Part shown: piece after piece, positions 31,367 to 39,972 of the stretch
Layout of the letters: each line of letters begins with the position of its first letter
Position numbering within the stretch: the first letter of the stretch is position 1
Source of the DNA: a bacterium
GTDB taxonomy: Bacteria; UBA8248
Direction of reading: 5' to 3'
NCBI GenBank assembly: GCA_965200245.1
Contig: CBDATS010000002.1
Span: 270,986-334,985, forward strand
Length of the DNA: 64,000 nt
Position numbers and translations under genes: made by a program
The notes under the pieces: model-generated
The model's database searches: none
What the model was told of the DNA's origin: nothing
Seen by the model: the letters and a program-made list of their open reading frames with translations, nothing else

Positions 31367-31876
31367 CTAAAGATCGGGGTTCGGAGCGGAAACGCTCGGC
31401 TTGGTGACACTCATCATCCAGCAATAGATTTCTATCCGGTTGCCGTCGGGATCGAGAAAATAGAACGCATGGCTTCCACTTCCGCCGATAAACCCGTTCT
31501 CGTCCAGCCCTTCATGTGCATGGACATAGGGACCGGAGACGAATTCCACGCCACAGGATTTCACATGTTCCTGGGCGAGAAGCCAGTCTTCGCGATTCGT
31601 CACCTCGAAAGCCAGATGGTGCAATCCGACATCCGTACGATGCTCCGAATCGGTTGTGGCAAGTCCCGCTTTGACGGCGTCTTCGGACAACTCGAAAAGC
31701 ACCACGGTATGGTGTTTTTCCGCGCAGCGCATGAAACAAATCGGACGATAGAAATCTGGCGGCCCCCATTTGCCCGTCAGTTTGAGGCCTACCACATCAC
31801 GATAGAACTTTATGGATCTATCCACATCACTCACATGGATCCCGATGTGGCCCAGCCCCGCGATGTTGCAACCCAT
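31367..31876 (-). CDS. VOC family protein (extradiol dioxygenase-like)
   Basis: GHIGIHVSD, HHTV, GLHHLAF, YFLDPDGNRIE. Confidence 0.88.
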   Translation of the reverse strand: MGCNIAGLGHIGIHVSDVDRSIKFYRDVVGLKLTGKWGPPDFYRPICFMRCAEKHHTVVLFELSEDAVKAGLATTDSEHRTDVGLHHLAFEVTNREDWLLAQEHVKSCGVEFVSGPYVHAHEGLDENGFIGGSGSHAFYFLDPDGNRIEIYCWMMSVTKPSVSAPNPDL

Positions 31877-32022
31877 GCCATATCCCCCCAGAAACAAATA
31901 CAGTGCGGAAAAATTTCGTTTGCCTTACTTGGTGGGCCATCATACCATGCGCTGGCGCGGTTTGGCGCGCAAGAGTCCAGTTTGTGCTTCAGTCGTTTCA
32001 TGCCGGATGAAAGGGGTTTCGA

Positions 32023-32850
32023 ATGTCAAATAAAACAGGTTTCATCGCCATTTTGCTGACCGGAGCCACCATCTTCTCCAGCGTTTTCCTGCTGACATCC
32101 TCTTACAGTCAGAAAGAGTCTCCCGCGACAGTCATGCTCTCCTCCCAGGAAACAAGACAGAAAGGGGAACCCGAGTCCACACTCGTGGCGCAAAACCTAG
32201 ACAAAAGCCAAATCGAGAAAATCATCAGAGAATACCTCATCAACAATCCCGAGGTACTCGAAGAAGCCATAAGAGCCCTGCAGGCCAGGCGAGAAGCAAG
32301 GAGACAGGCCGCGGCCCACGCCTCGATTCAGAAAAACAGGAAACAAATCTATGAAGACCCCGAAGATCCCGTAGGCGGCAACCCCAACGGGGACGTCACG
32401 ATTGTGGAGTTTTTCGATTACAGATGCGGTTACTGCAAACGAGTGGCCCCGCTCGTGGAGGAAGTGCTCGCGAAAGACAGGAATATCCGTATCGTCTACA
32501 AGGAATTGCCCGTACTGGGCCCGAACTCCGTATTGGCTTCCCGAGCGGCACTCGCCTCGCGCAAGCAGGGAAAATACATCGCCTTTCACAAAGCCCTCAT
32601 CAAGGCCAGGATATCTTATGACGAAGCAAGCATCATGAGGGTCGCCGCCAACCTGGGTATCGACACAGTCCGCCTGAAAGAAGACATGGCGTCCCCCCGC
32701 ATCCAGGCCCAACTCGCCAGGAATCGCGCCCTAGCGCGCTCCCTGAGCATACGAGGCACACCCGCCTTTATTGTCGGGGAGCAACTCTTCCCGGGCGCGC
32801 TCACCTCGGCACAACTCGCCGCCATGATTCAACAAGCGAGAAGGAAATAG
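32023..32850 (+). CDS. DsbA family protein (ScsC-like)
   Basis: Signal anchor, IREYLINNPEV, EFFDYRCGYCK, IRGTPAF. Confidence 0.92.
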   Translation: MSNKTGFIAILLTGATIFSSVFLLTSSYSQKESPATVMLSSQETRQKGEPESTLVAQNLDKSQIEKIIREYLINNPEVLEEAIRALQARREARRQAAAHASIQKNRKQIYEDPEDPVGGNPNGDVTIVEFFDYRCGYCKRVAPLVEEVLAKDRNIRIVYKELPVLGPNSVLASRAALASRKQGKYIAFHKALIKARISYDEASIMRVAANLGIDTVRLKEDMASPRIQAQLARNRALARSLSIRGTPAFIVGEQLFPGALTSAQLAAMIQQARRK

Positions 32851-32914
32851 GGAATTCGGAGAAATAAAAACCGAACGAAGAAAAACCCGGGAAGAGCTAT
32901 TTGAAGAACTCGTC

Positions 32915-33397
32915 ATGAAGGAAATATCCGATGCCTTCGCAAAGAATGAATGGGCTGATTTGGATAAGAATGAAGAACTTCATCGGTCTTTAGACTATCT
33001 TGAGTCGACAGGATTGCGACCTGACAGAAGAAAAGACGATATGGAAGAGCTTGATATGGATCTGGGTCACCTTTGTTCACTAGGATTGCAACCTTACAGG
33101 AAGTGCGACGACGAGGAAGAACTTCTTGTTTCTTCGGATGATGATTTTACGGATATCAAGATATGGACTGCCGAGGATCAGGAATGGATTGATGACCCGT
33201 GGGCCGCAAGTGAAAAGTGCAATTTCAGCAAAGAAAGCCTCAGGTTTCCGAATGACAGTATGTTTATTCATGTTATGGAACGATATGTAAAGACATGGGA
33301 TGAAATCATAGAAAGACTTAGACAGTATCCAGGGAATGAAACCGGAGATGCCCTGACCTATTATCCTCCGGGGCATCGAATAGACAAGGAATCATAA
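32915..33397 (+). CDS. Hypothetical acidic protein (AT-rich, possibly 5'-truncated)
   Basis: 160-aa ORF in an AT-rich patch; frame stays open upstream nearly to the dsbA stop; no motif recognised. Confidence 0.5.
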   Translation: MKEISDAFAKNEWADLDKNEELHRSLDYLESTGLRPDRRKDDMEELDMDLGHLCSLGLQPYRKCDDEEELLVSSDDDFTDIKIWTAEDQEWIDDPWAASEKCNFSKESLRFPNDSMFIHVMERYVKTWDEIIERLRQYPGNETGDALTYYPPGHRIDKES

Positions 33398-33568
33398 AGC
33401 AAAACTGATTTGGCTTTTATTCATTCTTGGTTCATCCAAAACCATCTCATGGTGTTTATCTGCAAACTCAAAGATGGCTTCTTGCGGGTCTTTGTTCTCG
33501 GCGATTTCCTTCCGGTGGTCTTCCAGGTCATTGAGCAGGACATATGTGATTCGTTTCATATCAGGCAT
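33392..33568 (-). CDS. Small hypothetical protein (58 aa)
   Basis: Below ORF-track cutoff: MPDMKRITYVLLNDLEDHRKEIAENKDPQEAIFEFADKHHEMVLDEPRMNKSQISFAL; AGGAG 10 nt upstream. Confidence 0.5.
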   Translation of the reverse strand: MPDMKRITYVLLNDLEDHRKEIAENKDPQEAIFEFADKHHEMVLDEPRMNKSQISFAL

Positions 33569-33867
33569 TTGATTCGTTCTCCTATGTGTATAAATATGAT
33601 TGCTGCTATTTCGGGAATTACATACTTGATTTCACAAGTCTGAATCCCTGAATTCTGGAAAAACGGATCCTCCGGCCGCCGGTTTCCCGGGAGAGGAGGG
33701 GACATATGGACGGGTTTCCGGGAGGAAGCCTGTTCCTCACGAGAAAAACGTCAAAAATTTCTTGCGTTTCCACCGGAATGTCCCGTATCCTGTTCATGAT
33801 GCAAAAGAAAAACGAAAGCAGCGTGGGTGTCAACCCATACCCATTTCTCTCGGGAAAGGAGACCAGG

Positions 33868-34137
33868 ATGAAATCTGCTACAGAGATGCGGCAGCAGCTG
33901 AGTGAGAAGGCAGGCACGGACGAGGCGTTCCGGCAGAAACTGCTCGACGACCCGCGCGGCACGATCGAAAGCGAGTTCGATGTCGCCCTGCCGGCCGGTT
34001 TTTCGGTTTCGGTGCTCGAGGACAGTGCGGATCATGCGCATCTGGTGATCCCGCCCTCGTCGCTGATCCCCGACAGCGACCTCGAGAGCGTCAGCGGCGG
34101 GATAGACCGGTGGGGTAGCCGCGACTACGGCCCCTGA
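33868..34137 (+). CDS. NHLP leader peptide family RiPP precursor
   Basis: KAGTDEAFRQKLLDDPRGTIESEFDVALP...HLVIPP...DLESVSGG followed by core IDRWGSRDYGP; AAGGAG RBS. Confidence 0.9.
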   Translation: MKSATEMRQQLSEKAGTDEAFRQKLLDDPRGTIESEFDVALPAGFSVSVLEDSADHAHLVIPPSSLIPDSDLESVSGGIDRWGSRDYGP

Positions 34138-34177
34138 CCCTGGCGGGGGGATCTCGCGGGCGTCAGCGGCGGCGCCT

Positions 34178-34408
34178 GAGAAAGCAGAGGCCAGCGAGGA
34201 GTTCCGCGCCCGCCTGCTCGCTGACCCGAAGGCCGTGGTATCCGAGGAGGTCGGAATCGCTCTTCCGGATGATTGTAACCTCCATGTCGTGTCGGATGAC
34301 GCGGAAAACGGCTATCTGGTACTCCCGCCTGCGCCCCGACTCACCGAGGAACAGCTGGAAGATGCCAGCGGCGGTGTATACGATCCGTTTGGCGGTCAAA
34401 TGCCTTGA
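34178..34408 (+). pseudogene. Second NHLP precursor lacking a start codon
   Basis: EKAEASEEFRARLLADPKAVVSEEVGIALPDDCNLHVVSDDAENGYLVLPPAPRLTEEQLEDASGG-VYDPFGGQMP*. No ATG/GTG/TTG between the upstream in-frame TAG (34103-34105) and 34178. Confidence 0.85.
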
Positions 34409-34460
34409 CGATCACGGCTGGTATCAATAAGAGAAGTCATATACGAAAGGGCCCACTTTC

Positions 34461-34532
34461 GAGTTGCTGTCAGATCCGGTGTATGGACTGAATGGAAGAA
34501 GGCGGCGCATACACTGGTTCTGACAGTAATTC
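34461..34532. mobile_element. 72-bp IS256-derived miniature element (two terminal inverted repeats)
   Basis: GAGTTGCTGTCAGATCCGGTGTAT ... ATACACTGGTTCTGACAGTAATTC (20/24 inverted match). Left end closely matches the IS256 end at 41707 (GAGTTACTGTCAAATCCGGTGTAC). Confidence 0.7.
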
Positions 34533-34705
34533 CGCCCGTGACGCAAAACGATACACCCGGAAACGCAAAAATCGAGATATTCGTACTTGCGGATTCAAGT
34601 AGATAATTCCCGCTATTCTTTATACTTTGAGGCCGGTGGAGGATGTGGGAATTTGAGGAGTCGCTATTTCTAGAATGAAGGGATTGATTCCCAAAAAAAT
34701 AAAAC

Positions 34706-34739
34706 AAAAAAGCCCCGGAGAATGATCTCCGGGACTTTT
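34706..34739 (-). terminator. Intrinsic terminator after PPOX-family gene
   Basis: AAAAAAG-CCCCGGAG-aatgat-CTCCGGGA-CTTTT hairpin flanked by A/T tracts. Confidence 0.75.
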
Positions 34740-34754
34740 CAATCACCAGTATAC

Positions 34755-35207
34755 TCAGTCCACCGTCACAGAACCCATCAACTTTCTGCGATAATCCCAC
34801 CATTTCCATTTCCTGGGCACCATGGTGATGCGCACACGTATTTTTTGCGCGATGGGTGTGTTGACATAGTTCGCCCACATCTCAGGTCCGAAGAAGTGAT
34901 CCACAACGCTTTTCAGTCCTTCGTGATCCGTTCCCAGCACCTCGGAAACCTGGGCCTCTCCCTCTACGACAACGGCACGGAAAGGAGCTTCGTCATCATC
35001 GATGCAGATGGAAAACGCCGCGTTCCGCCTCAAATTCCTCACCGAAACGGAATCATCACCCGTGCTGATGAAAAAACTCCCATCCTCGGGATCGAACAGA
35101 TACAGAAGCGGCACGACGTGCGGCGAGCCATCCGCATTCGTGGTGGCGATTCTCGCCATGTGGGGTTCCAACAAAAATTCATCCATCTCGGTAGGACGCT
35201 CGGCCAT
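34755..35207 (-). CDS. Pyridoxamine 5'-phosphate oxidase (PPOX) family protein
   Basis: ARIATTNADGSPHVVP, RNLRRN, AVVVEGEA, WWDYRR. Confidence 0.88.
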   Translation of the reverse strand: MAERPTEMDEFLLEPHMARIATTNADGSPHVVPLLYLFDPEDGSFFISTGDDSVSVRNLRRNAAFSICIDDDEAPFRAVVVEGEAQVSEVLGTDHEGLKSVVDHFFGPEMWANYVNTPIAQKIRVRITMVPRKWKWWDYRRKLMGSVTVD

Positions 35208-35287
35208 TTATCTTCTCCTCTCGAAAAGTCATGATGTCATGAATCATTTCGGCATTATCTTATCAGAAAAGTTGCCGGATTCCTTCT

Positions 35288-37897
35288 TCACTTCACAATG
35301 ATGTTCACCAGACGGCCCGGCACGACGATATGTTTCACGATCTCTTTGCCACTCAAGTAAGCTGCCGTTACGGCTCCCGCCTTTTTCTTCAATTCCTCCT
35401 CGGGCGCATGCGGCAACGCCATGAACGTGCGCCTCGTTTTCCCGTTCACCTGTACCGCGAACTCCTTTTCCTCGGCGGCTATTGCCGCCTCGTCGACCGC
35501 CGGCCATGACTCCCGGAACACACTCACCTCTCCCTTGCCCCTTCCGAGAGCCTGCCAAAGTTCTTCCGCCACGTGGGGCGCCATGGGCGCCATGCAACAA
35601 AGGAGAATTTCGGCCGCCTCGCGCTGCACCCCATCCTCTGCCCCGGCTTCTGCGCGAAGCGAGGTGGCCAGTTCCATGATGCGCGCCACCGCCGTGTTGA
35701 AAGAAAAGGAGTTTTCATAAACTTCCGTTACAGCCTTCAAGGTGGCGTGGGTGTCGCGCCTGAGTTTTCTCCCCGAAGCGGACAACCCACTCCCATCACC
35801 GGCATAAACTTCTGTTTCCCGCCATGCCTCGAGTCGCTCGGAGAACGTGCCCCAAAGTCTTTGCAGGAATCGGTGCACACCGATCAGGCCGTCGTCACGC
35901 CATTCTTTCGAACGCTCGGGCGGACCGATGAAAAGCGTATATAACCTGCCTGCATCCGCCCCGTATTTTCCCGTGCACTCTTCAATCGACACACCGTTCA
36001 TTTTCGACTTGCTCATCGAAGCCATCTCGGCGAGCACCTTCTGCCCGGCTTCATAGCCGCTGCCACTGGGACCATCCGCTGTTACCACAAGGGATTCCTC
36101 ATCCACGTCCTGATAAGGTACCCAAACGCGTCCGCGCGCATCGGCCACATAGTAGGCCATCCTGCATACCATGCCCTGGGTGAAGAGATTCCCGAACGGC
36201 TCCTCGAAGGAGACCAGACCCAAGTCATAGAGAACTTTTGTAAAAAACCGCGAATACAGGAGGTGCATCACGGCGTGTTCAGCGCCCCCGATGTACTGCG
36301 TCACCGGAAGCCAGCGGTTCACGTTTTCCGACTGGAAAACGGTGCCGTAATCACGAGGGCTGACATATCGCAGGTAATACCAGGATGAATCCACGAAGGT
36401 GTCCATCGTGTCGGTTTCGCGCCTCGCCGGCCTGCCGGTTTTCGGGCTGATGACGTTCACGAAATCTTCACTCTGGGCCAGGGGATTCCCGCCCCGGCCC
36501 GTGAACTCGACGTCGCGCGGGTGCATGACGGGCAGATGATCGTCCGGCACGGGGGTGATGCTGCCATCTCCTTCATAGATGACGGGTATCGGTACTCCCC
36601 AATACCGCTGTCGCGAAATGAGCCAGTCCCTGAGCCGCCAGTTGACAGTCTTGTCGCCAAACCCCTTTTCCGCAAAATAGTCGATCATTTTCGGATACGC
36701 TTCGCGATTCGGCTGGCCATCGAATGGGCCTGAATTTTCCATGACGCCGTCCTCGACGTATGCTTCCTCCATCGTGTCGCCTTCAAGCCCACCCTCGGGA
36801 TGCTGGATTACCACCTTGACGGGAATGCCGTATTTTCTCGCGAAAAGAAAATCTCGTTGATCGTGTGCTGGCACGCCCATCACGATGCCCGTGCCATATT
36901 CCATCAGCGCGTAATCGGCCACGAGCAAGGGAACGCGATCTCCATTGACGGGGTTGATGATGCAGTGGCCCGTCTCGACGCCCGTCTTTTCCTTCTCCTC
37001 GCTCATACGCTCCGCTGCGCTTTGAGCCTGCATGGCGTTTACGGCCTCACGAATGGAATCCGCCCGGGAATTCCCCTCGAGCAACTGATCGATCAGGGGA
37101 TGCTCGGGGGCACAGACCATAAAGGTAACGCCATAGACAGTATCTGGCCTGGTGGTGAAGACCGAGAGCGTCTCGCCAGTCGCTTCGAGCCTGAAATCGA
37201 TTCGGGCCCCCTCACTGCGCCCCAGCCAGTTTCTCTGTTGCTGCTTGACGTGTTCGGGCCAGCCGACAAGACCATCCAAATCGTCGAGCAAGCGCTGCGC
37301 ATAATCGGTGATCTTCAGGAACCACTGGCTGAGCCACCGTTTTTCCACCTTGGCGCCGCTGCGCCAGGCTATGCCATCGTGAATCTGCTCGTTCGCGAGA
37401 ACTGTGCCGTCCACCGGATCCCAGTTCACGAGGGCTTCACGCTTATACGCCAGACCATTCTCGAGCATCTTGAGGAAAATCCACTGCGTCCACCTGTAAT
37501 AGCCGGGATGCGCGGTGGAAATCTCGCGCGGCCAGTCATAGGCTAGACCCGCCATGCGCAACTGGCGCCTCATGTTGTCGATGTTTCTTTTCGTCCAGGA
37601 GGCGGGGTGTACTCCCGCATTGATGGCGGCATTCTCCGCGGGCAGTCCCAAGGCGTCCCAACCCATTGGATGCAAGACCTCAAAACCACGCATTTTCCGG
37701 TAGCGGCTGATGGCGTCGCCCATCGTGTAGTTACACGCATGGCCCATGTGCAGATCGCCCGATGGGTAGGGAAACATCATCAGGGAATAATAGGTGGGCC
37801 TATCGCCCGGGTGGTCGGACGTTTCAAATGTTTTCTCTTCCGCCCAATGATTCTGCCACTTCGCTTCATAACTGGATGGACTATATTCGCCGAGCAT
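35288..37897 (-). CDS. leuS: Leucine--tRNA ligase
   Basis: MFPYPSGDLHMGH, FTTRPDT, GTGIVMGVPAHDQRD, DWLISRQRYWG, MSKSK, QVNGK. Confidence 0.98.
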   Translation of the reverse strand: MLGEYSPSSYEAKWQNHWAEEKTFETSDHPGDRPTYYSLMMFPYPSGDLHMGHACNYTMGDAISRYRKMRGFEVLHPMGWDALGLPAENAAINAGVHPASWTKRNIDNMRRQLRMAGLAYDWPREISTAHPGYYRWTQWIFLKMLENGLAYKREALVNWDPVDGTVLANEQIHDGIAWRSGAKVEKRWLSQWFLKITDYAQRLLDDLDGLVGWPEHVKQQQRNWLGRSEGARIDFRLEATGETLSVFTTRPDTVYGVTFMVCAPEHPLIDQLLEGNSRADSIREAVNAMQAQSAAERMSEEKEKTGVETGHCIINPVNGDRVPLLVADYALMEYGTGIVMGVPAHDQRDFLFARKYGIPVKVVIQHPEGGLEGDTMEEAYVEDGVMENSGPFDGQPNREAYPKMIDYFAEKGFGDKTVNWRLRDWLISRQRYWGVPIPVIYEGDGSITPVPDDHLPVMHPRDVEFTGRGGNPLAQSEDFVNVISPKTGRPARRETDTMDTFVDSSWYYLRYVSPRDYGTVFQSENVNRWLPVTQYIGGAEHAVMHLLYSRFFTKVLYDLGLVSFEEPFGNLFTQGMVCRMAYYVADARGRVWVPYQDVDEESLVVTADGPSGSGYEAGQKVLAEMASMSKSKMNGVSIEECTGKYGADAGRLYTLFIGPPERSKEWRDDGLIGVHRFLQRLWGTFSERLEAWRETEVYAGDGSGLSASGRKLRRDTHATLKAVTEVYENSFSFNTAVARIMELATSLRAEAGAEDGVQREAAEILLCCMAPMAPHVAEELWQALGRGKGEVSVFRESWPAVDEAAIAAEEKEFAVQVNGKTRRTFMALPHAPEEELKKKAGAVTAAYLSGKEIVKHIVVPGRLVNIIVK

Positions 37898-38029
37898 GAA
37901 TTTCCTCAAATTCCGGTATAAATCCTCAAACCTTCAGGCAGACGTTATGCCCGTTACAAATGGTTTGCACTGCTTCACCCGAGACCACTCCGTTATGGGG
38001 ACCATCTCCCCCATTACCCTGTCGAGAAT

Positions 38030-38390
38030 TACCGCCGGGAGATTCGCCTCGGTTTTCCGTCTACATCAATTCCAGCGTGAAACGCATGGTCTTCCACCGG
38101 AATATGGCCCTACCTTTTTCACAAGATAATCGATTCGCACGCCCTCAGGTTCCCTGAACCAGTCGGCACCTTTCATCTCTCCTTCATATCGCGCGCCTTC
38201 TTTTACCGGCAATGGCTCTCCACAAGGGGGAAAAACTCCCTTTTCTTCGAGTTGTCCACAGGGAAAGCCGAACTGGCGGAAATACCCCGTCCTCAATTTC
38301 CCGAACCATACACAATAGACCGAGTGGTGCACCACACCCATCTGGTCGATTCTGCATACCTTACACGGCATTCAGTGGAAAGAGCCAAAT
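38030..38390 (-). pseudogene. Decayed YbgC/4HBT-family acyl-CoA thioesterase
   Basis: Fragments in different frames: CRVRYAE / DQMGVVHHSVYCVWF..RTGYFRQFGFP..LEEKGVF / HAGIDVDGKPRRI. Boundaries approximate. Confidence 0.7.
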
Positions 38391-38410
38391 CAGATGAACC
38401 TAATGAGCGG

Positions 38411-39802
38411 CTACATGAACAGAAACAAGCGGGCAATGTTAAAGTATATCAAAAGTCCCAGCACATCGACTCCGGTAGTCACGAAAGGTCCCGTCGCCAC
38501 GGCAGGGTCAACACGAAACCGATGAAGCACGAGTGGCAAAACCGATGCGAGAAGAGCAGAGAACATCATCACGACGCAAATCGCCAAACCCACGACGAAA
38601 CCCAACCACGCGACGGAGGCGAACTGGTACGTCGCCAATAACCCCAACAAAAAGCCATAGCAAATGCCCAAAAGCGTTCCGACGGTCACCTCTTTCGTGA
38701 TAATACGTAGCCACGATTTGGGATCGATGCGACCAGTCGCCAATCCACGGACCACGATGGTCGCGCTTTGGGTTCCCACGTTGCCCGCCATGCCGATAAT
38801 CACCGGCATGAACGCGGCGAGTGCCACGATTTTGCTCAGATGATCTGAATACTGATGAATCAACTGAGCGGCGAGAATACCGCCCAGCCAGCTGAAAAAC
38901 AGCCAGGGCAAGCGAATCCAGGCTAGACGCCTTGCAGAGAGCGAGGTCACCTCATCTTTATATGAGTGTGTTCCCGCCATTTTCAGAATATCCTCGGTCG
39001 CTTCCTCTCTTATGACGTCGAGGACATCATCCACTGTGATGATGCCGACCAAGATGTTGTCGTCATCCACAACAGGTATGGCCAGAATGTTATAGCGAGA
39101 AACGACGCGCGCGACATGTTCCTGGTCGGCATGCACGTTTTCGCTCCAGACATTGGTGATCATGATTTCAGACAAAGTCTTGGACGGATCCGCCAGCAAG
39201 AGTTGTCGAAGGGAAATCACCCCCCTCAGACAACCATTCGAATCAATTACGTAGACATAGAAAATGTAGTCCACCTCGCTGGCTTTCCGCACCCGGGAGA
39301 TGGCCTCATTAACCGTGAGTTCCTCAGGAAGGGCCACATAGGAATCCGTCATGATGGCACCTGCGGTTTCCGGTATATATGCCATCATGTCCTGTATGGC
39401 TTCTGTTTCCGGCGCGTCGAGGAGTGCAACGATTTCCTGGGAACGCTCTTCGGGCAGGGTTTCCAGAATATATCTCGCGTCGTCGCTGTCCAATTCCTTT
39501 ATTAGAGGAACGACGTTCTCGTTCGTTACCGGTTCCAGGAGTTCCCGTACGATGTGTGAATCCGATTCCGTCAGAATGGATGCACGGTGTTCCCGGCTTC
39601 TGACAAGTGAAAAAGCTTCCTGGCGTTCTTCGGGTAGAAAATGCTGAAATATCTGAGCCACTTCGGCTGCGTGCATTTTTTCCAGCGCATTGGAAAGATT
39701 GGCATCAGCCTTATGCCTTAACAGCCGACGTACCATATCTTCTACGCGGAGTAGTCTCGGATCACGCTCGTTCACCATGGCGGACGTCCCAAAATCAAGC
39801 AA
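38411..39802 (-). CDS. mgtE: Magnesium transporter MgtE
   Basis: ETAGAIMT, CBS pair, GIITVDDV, RLPWL, GMAGNVGTQS, DPAVATGPFVTT..DV. True start may be ATG 39778. Confidence 0.96.
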   Translation of the reverse strand: MLDFGTSAMVNERDPRLLRVEDMVRRLLRHKADANLSNALEKMHAAEVAQIFQHFLPEERQEAFSLVRSREHRASILTESDSHIVRELLEPVTNENVVPLIKELDSDDARYILETLPEERSQEIVALLDAPETEAIQDMMAYIPETAGAIMTDSYVALPEELTVNEAISRVRKASEVDYIFYVYVIDSNGCLRGVISLRQLLLADPSKTLSEIMITNVWSENVHADQEHVARVVSRYNILAIPVVDDDNILVGIITVDDVLDVIREEATEDILKMAGTHSYKDEVTSLSARRLAWIRLPWLFFSWLGGILAAQLIHQYSDHLSKIVALAAFMPVIIGMAGNVGTQSATIVVRGLATGRIDPKSWLRIITKEVTVGTLLGICYGFLLGLLATYQFASVAWLGFVVGLAICVVMMFSALLASVLPLVLHRFRVDPAVATGPFVTTGVDVLGLLIYFNIARLFLFM

Positions 39803-39972
39803 TCCCAGCGTCTCTAGGGCGTGAGTCTATGGGACGCCATGGGCAGTGTCAATCATCTTGTATTACGTGTAAACTTGGCATATTCTGATTGTCAGTTGCT
39901 GGTTGAACCGCCGGATACCATTACCCTCACGGCTACTCGAGAACGTCCATCTGCTTTAGGGAGTGCTCTACT

